This document shows, one piece after another, positions 35,622 through 46,348 of a stretch of DNA of 64,000 nucleotides. The DNA is taken from NCBI GenBank assembly GCA_963765125.1, contig CAVXUZ010000005.1, forward strand, positions 263,837 to 327,836, read 5' to 3'. Positions within the stretch are counted from its first letter, which is position 1, and every line of letters starts with the position of its first letter. The notes under the pieces were generated by a model that made no database searches, had not been told where the DNA came from, and was given only the letters and a program-made list of their open reading frames with translations. The stretch is from an uncultured candidate division WWE3 bacterium (GTDB lineage Bacteria; Patescibacteriota; WWE3; UBA101185; UBA10185). The position numbers and the translations under genes are program-made.

Positions 35622-36962
35622 CTACTTTATATTTTTAAGTCTCAGCTTGTGGTGATAACTCTGAGCAAACCTATGTGCCTCGTCTCGTAGAGTTATTAAA
35701 AGTTTAAGTCCAGAATTATTCTTTGGTAATTTCAAGCTAACAAACTCGTTGTCCTGAAGAAATATTATCGTTTCTTCTTTTTTTGCTAAACCTATTAGCG
35801 GTATGTCTATACTCTGCGCATTTAATTCATCTAGGACTGCAGAGACCTGCCCTTTGCCGCCGTCAATCACCAACAAGGCTGGAATTTCCCAACCCCCATC
35901 CTCATTACCATAACTATTTAATAGTCTGCGTCTAGTTACCTCTTTAAGCATAAAATAGTCGTCAGGTGTGTTTTTTGTTTTTATTTTAAATCTTCTATAC
36001 TCTTTCTTTTCCAAAAGGCCGTTAACAGCCACAACCATTGATCCTACAGCGTCAGCGCCAGAAATGTTTGAAATGTCGTAACATTCAATCCTCTTTGGCT
36101 TTTTAACTATCGATGGAATATTTTTTACAAGCTCATCGAGCGCCTGTTCTGCTAAATCTTCAACTAGATTTGGGTTGTCGATATATTGACTCGCGCTTTT
36201 ATAGTTTTCTCTAACATATTGTAATTTTCTCAAAATATCTCTGTATTCTGCAGCCAGTTCATAATTTTGCGATTTTGAAGCGGCTTGCATTTTTTTCTGA
36301 TATTCGTTTACGAGCTTCTCACCAAGTCCACTCAAGAATTTTGATAGCTGCTTGATCTCTTTTTTGTATAAATTAGGATCGTAATTATTTATGCACGGTG
36401 CTTGACATAAACCAATGTGCCCAAAAAGACACGACTTATTTAATTTCGAGTACTTATTGAACTTTTGAGTGGAACAATCTCTAAACGGAAATATTTTTCT
36501 CAAAAGCTTTAAAACAGTGCGAGTGTCGTTTGTACTTGGGTAAGGACCAAAAGTAATATCATTTGGTTTAAGATCGGAATTTCTTGCTGTAAATATTTTT
36601 GGTAAATCAACTTTTTTTTCGTTACGTGTCACAACTTCATTACGAATTACAATATATAGGTAAGATCTATCGTCCTTAAGCGCAATATTATATTTTGGAC
36701 GATATTTCTTAATTAATTCCGCCTCAAGAATTAAAGCGTCGATCTCTGAGTTGGTTTTTATCGTTTCAAGACTGCGAATTCGTGATACTAACGCCTGTGT
36801 CTTTGTTCCAAGCTTTATGTCGTCTTGAAAATAGGAAGATACTCGGATTTTTAGTAATTTGGCTTTTCCTACGTAAATAACGCTTTTTTGTGCATTTCGG
36901 AATATGTATACCCCTGGGCTTAAAGGTAATTCTTTTGCTTGCTGTCGCGCATCCTCTTTCAT
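35622..36962 (-). CDS. uvrC: Excinuclease ABC subunit C (no C-terminal HhH domain)
   Basis: GIY-YIG PGVYIF...YVGKA, UVR domain, RIECYDISN, IDGGKGQ, RDEAHRFA. Confidence 0.95.
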   Translation of the reverse strand: MKEDARQQAKELPLSPGVYIFRNAQKSVIYVGKAKLLKIRVSSYFQDDIKLGTKTQALVSRIRSLETIKTNSEIDALILEAELIKKYRPKYNIALKDDRSYLYIVIRNEVVTRNEKKVDLPKIFTARNSDLKPNDITFGPYPSTNDTRTVLKLLRKIFPFRDCSTQKFNKYSKLNKSCLFGHIGLCQAPCINNYDPNLYKKEIKQLSKFLSGLGEKLVNEYQKKMQAASKSQNYELAAEYRDILRKLQYVRENYKSASQYIDNPNLVEDLAEQALDELVKNIPSIVKKPKRIECYDISNISGADAVGSMVVAVNGLLEKKEYRRFKIKTKNTPDDYFMLKEVTRRRLLNSYGNEDGGWEIPALLVIDGGKGQVSAVLDELNAQSIDIPLIGLAKKEETIIFLQDNEFVSLKLPKNNSGLKLLITLRDEAHRFAQSYHHKLRLKNIK

Positions 36963-37009
36963 GCGGTAATTTTAACACTCAAACCTTGGTATTCGTGTAA
37001 AATAGTCAT

Positions 37010-38896
37010 ATGTTTAAAAAGTTACTTGTGTTTATTTTCATCTGCTTTATTTGGGTTGGTGATACATACGCGCTCGATGAGTTTAAGACTTCTTACTTTG
37101 TAACTTACGATAACAATGTCGACGGAGAGTCTACTGTTATACAAAAAATTCAATTAACTAATCTAAAAGATGACGTCGTCGCCACAAACTACTCAATCTC
37201 ACTAAAACAACTTCAAATTTACGATGTCGAGGCTACCGACGAAAAGGGCGCGATGGAAGTGGAACAAACTACTGCTGAAGACACAACCACAGTTATTGCA
37301 ACTTTTAATGAAAATATGGTTGGCAGAGGCAGGGTAAGCGAATTTACAATAAAATATAAAACAAAAAATATTGTTACTAAACTGGGAGAAATTTACACAA
37401 TAAAAATTCCAAAAGTTGCAGGGCTCATAAACGTCAGAGATTACAATGTAGAACTAATTATTCCTGATACCTTCGGACCACGTGTTTTTATAACACCTGA
37501 GCCAACAAAATTAAGAGAAGAGAGCAGTAAAACAGCGTATGTTTTCGAAAAAGAGCAGCTTGAAGATAGCGGTATTTCCGCAAGTTTTGGAAAATACCAA
37601 GTATTAAACTACAAGCTTATATATCAACTAGAAAATAAATATCCAATATCAACACTTCAAGAAATTGCTCTTCCTCCTGATATACAAGAAAGGCAGTATG
37701 TAAGCCACAAACAAATTACTCCTGAACCGAAAAGAATCTACACAGATGACGACGGTAACCTGGTTGCGCAGTACATTGTCAAACCAAATAATAATTTAGA
37801 AATTGAACTCGTCGGATCAGTAAGAATTCTTGGCAAACAGATTAATCCAGATCTCGGAGGAAGATTCACAGACATCGATACAAAACTTGTTAAAAAATAT
37901 ACAAAAGAAAAAATATTCTGGGAAACAAAATCACCTGAAATTCAAGCTGTAAAAAATAAATTATTCGAACCAGATTCAAATGTTACAAAAAATGCAAAAA
38001 ATATTTATAACTATGTTGTAGGAGAATTGAATTACGACCGCACAGTCATTGAAAAAGATTACGTTGAAAGATACGGCGCCACAAAAACACTCAGCCCAGA
38101 CACACCTGCCGCCTGTATGGAATTTACTGACCTTTTTATTGCCCTAGCAAGATCTATGGGAATACCAGCACGCGAGCTTAACGGCTATGCTATCAATGTT
38201 TATCAAAAGGTGTCATTACCGCTCTCTATCAAATTGAAATCGGGTGATCTGCTCCACTCTTGGCCCGAATTCTATGATCCAAACTTTGGCTGGGTTCCTG
38301 TCGATCCAACCTGGGGAAACACCTCAAAACTTGATTTCTTTTCAAAACTTGATAACAGTCATTTTGTTTTTGCAATCAAGGGTAACTCCTCCGAATATCC
38401 CCTACCAGCTGGTCTCTACAGAAAAGACAGCGATGCGCAGCTTGTGTCAGTCGAAGTATCACAAATTGATTCTGAAAATGATTTTCAACATTACGCTGCA
38501 TTTTATAAAAGATTAAATCTTAATCCTATAAAACTAATTATGGGTAAGGATAAATACTATGTAAAAAATCTTGGGGGTACCTATATTTATAATCTAAGTG
38601 GAAATACAATTTTACCTTACGAAGTTAAAACGATTTTCCTCGACAAGAACCTCGATGAAATTCAATATCAAGATGGAAACGGAAAAATTCATTCACAAAG
38701 TATTATTTTGTTGGATAAAAATCCTAAAACGTTTATTGTTAATCCCTTTTCTGTAATCTTTTCAACTCTCTTAGGGCTTCTGCTGTGTAGCTTGTCTTAT
38801 TATTTACTAATTCTGAAAGGCTACCTGAAAAAACTACCTCTCCTCCACCTGCGCCACCCTCAAGACCAAGATCAAAAACAAAGTCAGAATTCTTGA
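37010..38896 (+). CDS. Exported transglutaminase-like domain protein with C-terminal TM
   Basis: Signal peptide; triad CMEFTDLF, HSWPEFY, WVPVDPTW. Confidence 0.9.
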   Translation: MFKKLLVFIFICFIWVGDTYALDEFKTSYFVTYDNNVDGESTVIQKIQLTNLKDDVVATNYSISLKQLQIYDVEATDEKGAMEVEQTTAEDTTTVIATFNENMVGRGRVSEFTIKYKTKNIVTKLGEIYTIKIPKVAGLINVRDYNVELIIPDTFGPRVFITPEPTKLREESSKTAYVFEKEQLEDSGISASFGKYQVLNYKLIYQLENKYPISTLQEIALPPDIQERQYVSHKQITPEPKRIYTDDDGNLVAQYIVKPNNNLEIELVGSVRILGKQINPDLGGRFTDIDTKLVKKYTKEKIFWETKSPEIQAVKNKLFEPDSNVTKNAKNIYNYVVGELNYDRTVIEKDYVERYGATKTLSPDTPAACMEFTDLFIALARSMGIPARELNGYAINVYQKVSLPLSIKLKSGDLLHSWPEFYDPNFGWVPVDPTWGNTSKLDFFSKLDNSHFVFAIKGNSSEYPLPAGLYRKDSDAQLVSVEVSQIDSENDFQHYAAFYKRLNLNPIKLIMGKDKYYVKNLGGTYIYNLSGNTILPYEVKTIFLDKNLDEIQYQDGNGKIHSQSIILLDKNPKTFIVNPFSVIFSTLLGLLLCSLSYYLLILKGYLKKLPLLHLRHPQDQDQKQSQNS

Positions 38897-41747
38897 TTAT
38901 ATCAAGGTTGTGCTCAATAACCACGACAGTATTTCCTCTAGCAGTAAGTCTTTTTATTATGGTTATAAGCCTTTCTAGGTCAGCAAAATGTAAACCAGTA
39001 GTAGGCTCATCTAGAATATAAAGTGTTGAGCCTGTTGACCGTTTTGATAACTCTAGCGCAAGCTTTACTCTTTGTGCTTCTCCTCCAGAAAGTGTTGGAG
39101 CAGGTTGTCCTAGTCTAATGTAACTTAATCCTACATCATGAAGTGTTTGTATTTTTCTTCTAAGGATCGGGATATTTTCAAAAAACTGCAGTGCCTCGTC
39201 AACGGTCATATCTAAAACATCGCTAATATTTTTTCCTTTATATAATATTTCCAAAGCTTCTCTGTTATATCTTTTACCTCCACATACTTCACAGCTCACG
39301 TATACATCCGGCATGAACTGCATTTCTATCTTTATTTGCCCCTCCCCACCACAAGATTCACACCTACCGCCTTTAACATTAAAACTGAATCTACCCATTT
39401 TATAGCCGCGTATCTTTGCCTCCTCTGTTTTTGAAAATAGCTCTCTTATGTGGTCAAACGTTTTTGTATATGTTGCTGGATTTGATTTTGGAGTTCTCCC
39501 AATAGGACTTTGGTCTATCGCGATTAGTTTGTCGAGATTATTTGCTCCAATAATATCTACGTACGGTTCTGGTCTTTCATCATTTTTAAGGCCGAAATGC
39601 TGCCTCAAAGCGCGGTAAAACGTATCCATCACAAGTGTTGATTTTCCGCTTCCTGATACGCCAGTAACACAAATAAATTTACCGAGTGGAATCTCAAAAT
39701 CTATATTTTTAAGGTTTCTACCCGAAGCTCCAACAAGTTTTATACTTTTGCCATCCAACTTCTTTGATAACTTATGGTTCATCTCATCGTCTAGTAATTC
39801 ATCTATGCTTTGTTGAATTTTAATATCATTTTTTCCTACAACTTTCTTACCGGATAAATATTGTCCAGTTATAGAAATTTTATTTTTTATTATCTCTTCA
39901 GGCGTACCTTCGGCAATTACTTGACCGCCGTGCTCGCCAGCGCCAGGGCCAAAATCAAAAATATAATCACACTCCAACATAGTATCCATATCGTGTTCAA
40001 CAACTACGACTGTATTTCCTAAATCGCGCAAATATTTTAATGTTCTGATTAATTTTCCTTGGTCGCGCTGATGCAAACCAATTGAAGGCTCGTCTAAAAC
40101 GTACAAAACTCCAGAAAGACCAGAACCGATTTGTGAGGCAAGTCTAATTCTTTGGGCCTCTCCTCCTGATAGTTGTGACGATGATCTGGATAAAGTTAAA
40201 TAGCCTAGCCCGACATCCATCAAAAACTTTACTCTATAATTAATTTCTTTTAACAACGCGTCGGCTATCTGTTTCTCTCTAATAGTTAGTTTGTCTGGAA
40301 GTTCAATAAACCAGCTTTGTAGCACAGTTATAGGCAATTCTGATATTTCATAAATATTCTTTTTATCAATTACTACAGAGAGTGGTTCCCTTTTTAATCT
40401 CGTGCCTTTACACTCTGGGCATTCATCACGAACCATGTATTTCTCAATTTCACGCCTTATAAAATCAGATTTTGTTTCTTTGTATCTACGTTCAAGATTT
40501 GGAATAACCCCCTCAAATCTAGCTTTAAATTTGTGGTCATTTCCATCACCATCCCGATAACCAACTGTAAATCTTTGATTTTCTGGAGCACCGTAGAGAA
40601 TTATTTCTACTTCTTCTTTCTTTAAATCTTTTATTGGCGTGTTTACTGAAAAGTTATATTCCTTTGTTACTGCATCGACTACTTTTGAAATCCATGTTGT
40701 GTGTTCAAAGATTCTTGTCCAAGGAAATATTCCACCTTCTGAAATTGAGAGCTCAGGATTATAAATTGTGTTTTTATCAATTTCGAGCTGTGTACCTAAA
40801 CCGTCACACTTTAAACACGCTCCATGAGGCGAGTTAAATGAAAAAGTCCTCGGCTCTATGTCAGCAAGTGAGATGTTACAAACTGGGCATGCAAAATTTT
40901 CTGAAAAAAGATGATCTTCAACATTTTTAGGATTCTCCGAAAATTCAAATTCCTTATCTTTTACAATCGATAAGACTATGTTTCCGTTAGCCAGTCGCAG
41001 CGCTGTTTCAATATTCTGATATAGCGTACTACGAAACTCAGCGGCGTATTCTTTCACGCTCATTCTTTTTTTATTTACTACAGACCTTGTTATAAGAGCC
41101 TCAATCGTATGTTTATTTGTCTTTAGTAACGCAATATCTTCACCAACTCCCCTAATTACGTTGTCTATTCTTGCCCTTATGATTCCTTGTTTTTTGAGAT
41201 TATCAAATAGGCTTGAATATTCACCTTTTCGGTCTCTTATAATTGGCGCCAAAATTATAAATCTAACGCCTCTCTCACTAGAGTAGTCTTCGTCTTGGAT
41301 TAGTAATTTTTCTGTTTGTTCGGCGATCTCTTGCGCTGATTGTCTTTGAATCTCTCTTCCGCACTCAGGACAATGTGGATGACCAACTCGTGCAAAAAGT
41401 AATCTCATAAAATCGTAAATTTCTGTAATTGTACCAACCGTTGATCTTGGATTTCTTGAGGTTGTTTTTTGATCTATGGCAATTGCGGGTGATAATCCTT
41501 CTATCGTATCTACATCGGGTTTATCCATCACGCCTAAAAATTGACGAGCGTAAGCAGATAAACTTTCTACATAGCGTCTTTGCCCATCGGCGTATATTGT
41601 ATCCATCGCAAGTGAAGACTTACCAGATCCTGAAACACCGGTAAAAACGATAAATTTATTTTTTGGAATCTCAATATCAACATTTTTTAAATTATGCTGT
41701 CTTGCTCCTTTTACGATAATGTGGCTTAGCGCTGATTTATCAATCAT
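38739..41747 (-). CDS. uvrA: Excinuclease ABC subunit A
   Basis: Two GVSGSGKS Walker A motifs, two LSGGEAQR signatures, Zn fingers. Confidence 0.99.
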   Translation of the reverse strand: MIDKSALSHIIVKGARQHNLKNVDIEIPKNKFIVFTGVSGSGKSSLAMDTIYADGQRRYVESLSAYARQFLGVMDKPDVDTIEGLSPAIAIDQKTTSRNPRSTVGTITEIYDFMRLLFARVGHPHCPECGREIQRQSAQEIAEQTEKLLIQDEDYSSERGVRFIILAPIIRDRKGEYSSLFDNLKKQGIIRARIDNVIRGVGEDIALLKTNKHTIEALITRSVVNKKRMSVKEYAAEFRSTLYQNIETALRLANGNIVLSIVKDKEFEFSENPKNVEDHLFSENFACPVCNISLADIEPRTFSFNSPHGACLKCDGLGTQLEIDKNTIYNPELSISEGGIFPWTRIFEHTTWISKVVDAVTKEYNFSVNTPIKDLKKEEVEIILYGAPENQRFTVGYRDGDGNDHKFKARFEGVIPNLERRYKETKSDFIRREIEKYMVRDECPECKGTRLKREPLSVVIDKKNIYEISELPITVLQSWFIELPDKLTIREKQIADALLKEINYRVKFLMDVGLGYLTLSRSSSQLSGGEAQRIRLASQIGSGLSGVLYVLDEPSIGLHQRDQGKLIRTLKYLRDLGNTVVVVEHDMDTMLECDYIFDFGPGAGEHGGQVIAEGTPEEIIKNKISITGQYLSGKKVVGKNDIKIQQSIDELLDDEMNHKLSKKLDGKSIKLVGASGRNLKNIDFEIPLGKFICVTGVSGSGKSTLVMDTFYRALRQHFGLKNDERPEPYVDIIGANNLDKLIAIDQSPIGRTPKSNPATYTKTFDHIRELFSKTEEAKIRGYKMGRFSFNVKGGRCESCGGEGQIKIEMQFMPDVYVSCEVCGGKRYNREALEILYKGKNISDVLDMTVDEALQFFENIPILRRKIQTLHDVGLSYIRLGQPAPTLSGGEAQRVKLALELSKRSTGSTLYILDEPTTGLHFADLERLITIIKRLTARGNTVVVIEHNLDIIKNSDFVFDLGLEGGAGGGEVVFSGSLSELVNNKTSYTAEALRELKRLQKRD

Positions 41748-41782
41748 CTTTCTTTTCTATATAAAAATAACAAAATACATAA

Positions 41783-41798
41783 TACGGGATTTATTCGG
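41783..41798. promoter_or_regulatory. Candidate LexA operator upstream of uvrA
   Basis: TACGG-GATTTA-TTCGG; same spacing recurs at uvrB and lexA. Confidence 0.6.
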
Positions 41799-41827
41799 GT
41801 TTGTGAAGTGTGAGAGTAATCTTAGCC

Positions 41828-44050
41828 CTAGTCTCTGTCCGCTTCGTCTTTTTTCTCTTCTGGGCATAGTCTTTCTGGTATTTTAGTCCCTTTCGCGAAA
41901 ATGTCGCCTCTTCCACACTTTTCATCATATTTCTCAAATATGCTGTCAGGTTTTTGCATTAGTTCATCCTGCTTATCCTTCAAAACTGCGGTCATAATCT
42001 TATTCCAGATTGGAGCTGCGCCGCTTAACCCTGATGCAAGATTACGATGCAATGGCGAGTTATCATTGTTTCCAACCCATACTCCAACAACATAACTCGG
42101 CGTGTAACCCATCGTAAAATTATCACGTATGTTGTCGGTCGTTCCCGTCTTTACAGCTACTTTTTTTCCATTAATTACCAAAGAATTGTGTGTACCAAAC
42201 GCAGGAACTCTTGCATTATTATCAGATAAAATATGCCAGATCATATACGCTGACTCCGGAGAAACAATTTTCTGCTCCTGATTGTTGTTGCGGTAAAGTT
42301 CAAAGCCTTTGTTGTCTTTAATAGAAATGAATGGTGTCGTAGGTTTATATTTACCTAGTCGTGCTAATGAAGCATAAAAGTTTGTATGGTCTAACAACCT
42401 TACTTCTTTTCCGCCCAGCGTAATTGACAAACCATAACTTCCATCAACTTTCCAATTTGATAATCCAAATTCCTGACCAAGTTTAACAATATTGTCTGGC
42501 CCAAGACGATGCGCCAACCTCACTGCAGGAATGTTATAAGAGTTTGCAAGTGCAGTTCTAAGTGTTACGTCACCGTGATCTTTTCCATCATAGTTTTTAG
42601 GTGTGTAAGGTGCTTGTCCTGAAAATTTGTACGTAATTGGTTCATCTTTTAAAATCGATGAGGTTGTAAAACCCTTCTCTAAAGCTAAAACGTAGGTTAG
42701 CGGTTTAATTGAAGATCCGGGCTGTCTGTATGCGCTCGCAACGTCAAAAGCGCCCCAACCCTCTTTGAAATAGTCAGTCGAGCCGACATAAGCAAGAATT
42801 TCTCTATTTACCGCGTCTAAGACAACGGCGGCACCGTTTGAGATTAGTAAACCCGAGCTAGCGGCAACTTCTTCTGTTACGATCTTCTGTGCCTCGTCTT
42901 GAAGATCCAAATCTAAAGTTGTGTGAATCGTCAAACCGCCAAGTTCAACAAATCTTTTTCCATATGTTTTTTCAAGCTCGCTCCTTACATACGCAACAAA
43001 ATGTGGAGCTCTTATATATTCTACCTGCGTTACAAAATTTAATTTTTTATTAAACGCTTCATCAGCCTCGTTAGTTGTTATGTAACCAAGCTGCTGCATT
43101 CTTTCTAATACATATTTTTGTCTAGATTTAGCTAACGACTGATCTCCTGAAAGAGGTGAATAGGTTGAGGGGGAAGACGGTAACCCGGCGAGAAGTGCTG
43201 ATTCTGCAAGGTCTAAATCCCAAACATTTTTTCCAAAGAATTTTTGTGAAGCTGACTGCACACCCCACGCAGTTCCACCATAAGAAATGTTGTTTAGATA
43301 CATTTCGAGAATCTCCTCTTTTGAATATTTTGCTTCTGCTAAAACTGAGAGAATTAGCTCCTTTATTTTTCTTGAAACTGTTCTTTCTGGTGATAACAAC
43401 ACATTTTTTATTAATTGTTGGGTGATTGTTGAACCGCCTTCTAACTTATCTTCGATAAATATTGATTTAGCAGCCCTGATCATACTAAGCGGATCAAACC
43501 CCGCATGTTTATAGAATTTGTCATCTTCGACAGCGATTGTTGCATTAACAAAATGTTTAGGAATTACCTCCAGTTTTACAGGCTCATATCGTTTATCAAT
43601 AAATATCTCAAATAAAAGTCTGCCCTTTCTATCAAGAATTTTACTTGGAGTAGGTACGTCTTTCGTCACGAGCAGCTCTGGGCTTGGTAATGTTTCTAAC
43701 CACAGTATTATTTGTAACGGGATGCCAATAAAAACTACGCAGCACACTACCCCTAGAAGAAATATTCTTACTTTTGAAAATGACGCACGCTTTATTCTTC
43801 TTACTGATGTTTCTGCATATTTTGGACGCCATTTTTGATTTTCTTTTTCTTCGTAAACTTCTGGTTTGTCTTTATTTTTAATTTTATTGTTAATAAATTC
43901 AGCAATTAAGCAATATTTTTGCTTTAGCTCAGACAGACCAGTATTACTAATAAGTTTTCTAAAATAATGGATAACGCTTTTAGTGTAGTGGATTAGAAAG
44001 TTACCAATTATTATAAATACCCTTTTTATAAGGTTTACTATGTTTTTCAC
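41828..44050 (-). CDS. Class A penicillin-binding protein (PBP1A family)
   Basis: EDDKFYKH, GGSTITQQL, RKIKE; transpeptidase GSSIKP, SYN, KTGT. Confidence 0.95.
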   Translation of the reverse strand: MKNIVNLIKRVFIIIGNFLIHYTKSVIHYFRKLISNTGLSELKQKYCLIAEFINNKIKNKDKPEVYEEKENQKWRPKYAETSVRRIKRASFSKVRIFLLGVVCCVVFIGIPLQIILWLETLPSPELLVTKDVPTPSKILDRKGRLLFEIFIDKRYEPVKLEVIPKHFVNATIAVEDDKFYKHAGFDPLSMIRAAKSIFIEDKLEGGSTITQQLIKNVLLSPERTVSRKIKELILSVLAEAKYSKEEILEMYLNNISYGGTAWGVQSASQKFFGKNVWDLDLAESALLAGLPSSPSTYSPLSGDQSLAKSRQKYVLERMQQLGYITTNEADEAFNKKLNFVTQVEYIRAPHFVAYVRSELEKTYGKRFVELGGLTIHTTLDLDLQDEAQKIVTEEVAASSGLLISNGAAVVLDAVNREILAYVGSTDYFKEGWGAFDVASAYRQPGSSIKPLTYVLALEKGFTTSSILKDEPITYKFSGQAPYTPKNYDGKDHGDVTLRTALANSYNIPAVRLAHRLGPDNIVKLGQEFGLSNWKVDGSYGLSITLGGKEVRLLDHTNFYASLARLGKYKPTTPFISIKDNKGFELYRNNNQEQKIVSPESAYMIWHILSDNNARVPAFGTHNSLVINGKKVAVKTGTTDNIRDNFTMGYTPSYVVGVWVGNNDNSPLHRNLASGLSGAAPIWNKIMTAVLKDKQDELMQKPDSIFEKYDEKCGRGDIFAKGTKIPERLCPEEKKDEADRD

Positions 44051-44123
44051 AAAATTCTTAAAAATAAATAAATGTGGCAGGTGATTTAGCTGATTCTAAC
44101 GCCAAAAAACGAGGTCGTCAAGA

Positions 44124-46208
44124 CTAATTCAAATTAGCTATTTTTTTAATTGCACGAATTCTATCTCGTAATTCAGCGGCTGTTTCGAAATTTAGCATCT
44201 CCGCCTCTTCCTTCATCGCCTGTTCAAGAGCTTTAATTTCTTTTTTCAACTCAATCGGGGGTAGAAGATAATAGTCTGTTTCGGACTTAAATTTGTGTTT
44301 TCCTTTGCCCGCTGTTAGATGCTCCTCAATTACTTCATCAATTAACTTTTCTCGAATTGGTTTAATAATTTGCTGTGGCGTAATATTGTGATCCTGATTG
44401 TATTTTAACTGTACCTCACGCCTTCTTGTCACCTCACCTATTGCCCTTTGCATACTTCCTGTTATAACGTCAGCGTACATTATAACTTCTCCATGTACGT
44501 GTCTTGATGCTCTTCCCATTGTTTGAATAAGCGCCGATTCGGAACGTAAAAATCCCTCCTTGTCTGCGTCTAAAATGGCGACAAGCGATACTTCTGGAAG
44601 ATCCAATCCTTCTCTGAGAAGGTTAATTCCCACTAATACATCATAGTTTCCTTTGCGTAGATCGTCTAAAATATTGGTCCTTTCGAGTGTGTCAATGTCA
44701 GAATGAAGATACGTAACTTTTAAACCTTGCTCAATCAGGTATGACGCAAGCTCCTCTGCCATTCTCTTTGTTAGTGTTGTTACCAAAACCCTTTGCTTTA
44801 GAGCAATTTTTTCGTTTATACGCTTTGTAAGGTCGCCTATTTGCCCATCTGTCGGCTTTATCTCAACCAATGGATCAACAATTCCGGTTGGTCTGAGAAG
44901 CTGTTCGACCACTTTACCTTCGGACATACTCAGTTCCCAATCAGTCGGTGTTGCACTTACAAAAATATCCTGATTAATTCGGCGCATAAACTCTTCAAAA
45001 TTTAACGGCCTATTATCTAGCGCTGAAGGCAGCCTAAAACCATAATCGATTAAAGTCTGCTTTCTTGTCCTATCGCCGTTGTACATTCCTCTTACTTGCG
45101 GAATTGTTATATGTGATTCGTCTATAACAAGAAGGTAGCCTTTCGGAAAAAACTCCATTAATGAATACGGTGCATCACCTGGTTGCCTACCATCAAAATA
45201 TCTCGAATAATTTTCGATTCCTTTACAATAACCAATCTCTTTAAGCATCTCTAAGTCATACTTCGTTCTTTGCTGCAGCCTGTATGCTTCAATCGCTTTT
45301 CCAACATCTTTCAATTCTTTTAATCTTTTTTCTAGGTCTTCTTCAATCTGCTTTATTGCATCTTCATGTTTTTCTTGCGCGGTAACATAGTGTTTTGCAG
45401 GAAATATTGAAATCGGTCCGTTGTTCTTGATACTTGAAATAATAAAATCTTGTTCTTTTTGGGTTAGTGATTTTGAGCTACTGCCTTGCCTTTGCTCAGG
45501 AAGTCCATCATAGCTTAGTGTATTACCTGTTAACGGATCGAAACAAGTCACATCAACAAGCACATCGTCCAAAAACTCCAATCTAAGTGCAAAATCGACG
45601 TATGCAGGGTAAATATCAACGACATCTCCTCGCACTCTATACGTTGCGCGTTTAAATTCAAACTCGGACCTTTCGTAATAGATTTGACTCAGCCTCTTCA
45701 TTAAATCGACTTTTCTCAACTTCATCCCTTTTCTGATTTCTATTGCAAATTTTGAATATTCAGCGGGTGAACCTAGATTGTATATACACGAAACAGACGA
45801 AACTACGATCACGTCTTTTCTCGTCATTAACGATGTTGTGGCAGAAAGTCTTAAACGATCAATTTGTTCGTTTATATCAGCATCTTTTTCTATATAAGTG
45901 TCCGTCGAAGGAAGATAACTTTCTGGTTGATAATAATCATAATAGCTGACAAAATACTCAACAGCGTTATCCGGAAAAAATTCTTTAAACTCTTGGTATA
46001 GTTGCGCAGCTAGAGTTTTGTTGTGTGAAAGTATAAGCGTAGGTTTATCAATATTTTTTATAACATTAGCAACTGTGAAGGTCTTACCGCTTCCAGTCAC
46101 TCCTAATAGTGTTTGGTGCTTTGCACCCTTTACAATATTTTCTGTTAGCTTTTCGATTGCTTGTGGTTGATCACCGGTAGGTGAAAAGTCCGCTTTCAGA
46201 TTAAACAT
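44124..46208 (-). CDS. uvrB: Excinuclease ABC subunit B
   Basis: GVTGSGKT, FVSYYDYYQPE, DESH, LREGLDLPEV, UVR tail. Confidence 0.99.
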   Translation of the reverse strand: MFNLKADFSPTGDQPQAIEKLTENIVKGAKHQTLLGVTGSGKTFTVANVIKNIDKPTLILSHNKTLAAQLYQEFKEFFPDNAVEYFVSYYDYYQPESYLPSTDTYIEKDADINEQIDRLRLSATTSLMTRKDVIVVSSVSCIYNLGSPAEYSKFAIEIRKGMKLRKVDLMKRLSQIYYERSEFEFKRATYRVRGDVVDIYPAYVDFALRLEFLDDVLVDVTCFDPLTGNTLSYDGLPEQRQGSSSKSLTQKEQDFIISSIKNNGPISIFPAKHYVTAQEKHEDAIKQIEEDLEKRLKELKDVGKAIEAYRLQQRTKYDLEMLKEIGYCKGIENYSRYFDGRQPGDAPYSLMEFFPKGYLLVIDESHITIPQVRGMYNGDRTRKQTLIDYGFRLPSALDNRPLNFEEFMRRINQDIFVSATPTDWELSMSEGKVVEQLLRPTGIVDPLVEIKPTDGQIGDLTKRINEKIALKQRVLVTTLTKRMAEELASYLIEQGLKVTYLHSDIDTLERTNILDDLRKGNYDVLVGINLLREGLDLPEVSLVAILDADKEGFLRSESALIQTMGRASRHVHGEVIMYADVITGSMQRAIGEVTRRREVQLKYNQDHNITPQQIIKPIREKLIDEVIEEHLTAGKGKHKFKSETDYYLLPPIELKKEIKALEQAMKEEAEMLNFETAAELRDRIRAIKKIANLN

Positions 46209-46228
46209 TATTCGATTGTATCACGCGT

Positions 46229-46244
46229 TACGGGTTTTGTATGG
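46229..46244. promoter_or_regulatory. Candidate LexA operator upstream of uvrB
   Basis: TACGG-GTTTTG-TATGG. Confidence 0.5.
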
Positions 46245-46265
46245 GTTATTTAGAAATCGTAGCTA

Positions 46266-46295
46266 TTGACATCTTCGGTTAATATTCGTTAACAT
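46266..46295 (+). promoter_or_regulatory. lexA promoter with candidate operator in the spacer
   Basis: TTGACA-18-TAACAT enclosing TTCGG-TTAATA-TTCGT (46274-46289). Confidence 0.65.
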
Positions 46296-46348
46296 ATAAA
46301 TACCCAAAGAAAATACAAAGTAGCAAATTCTTTGGTAGAAAGAATAAA

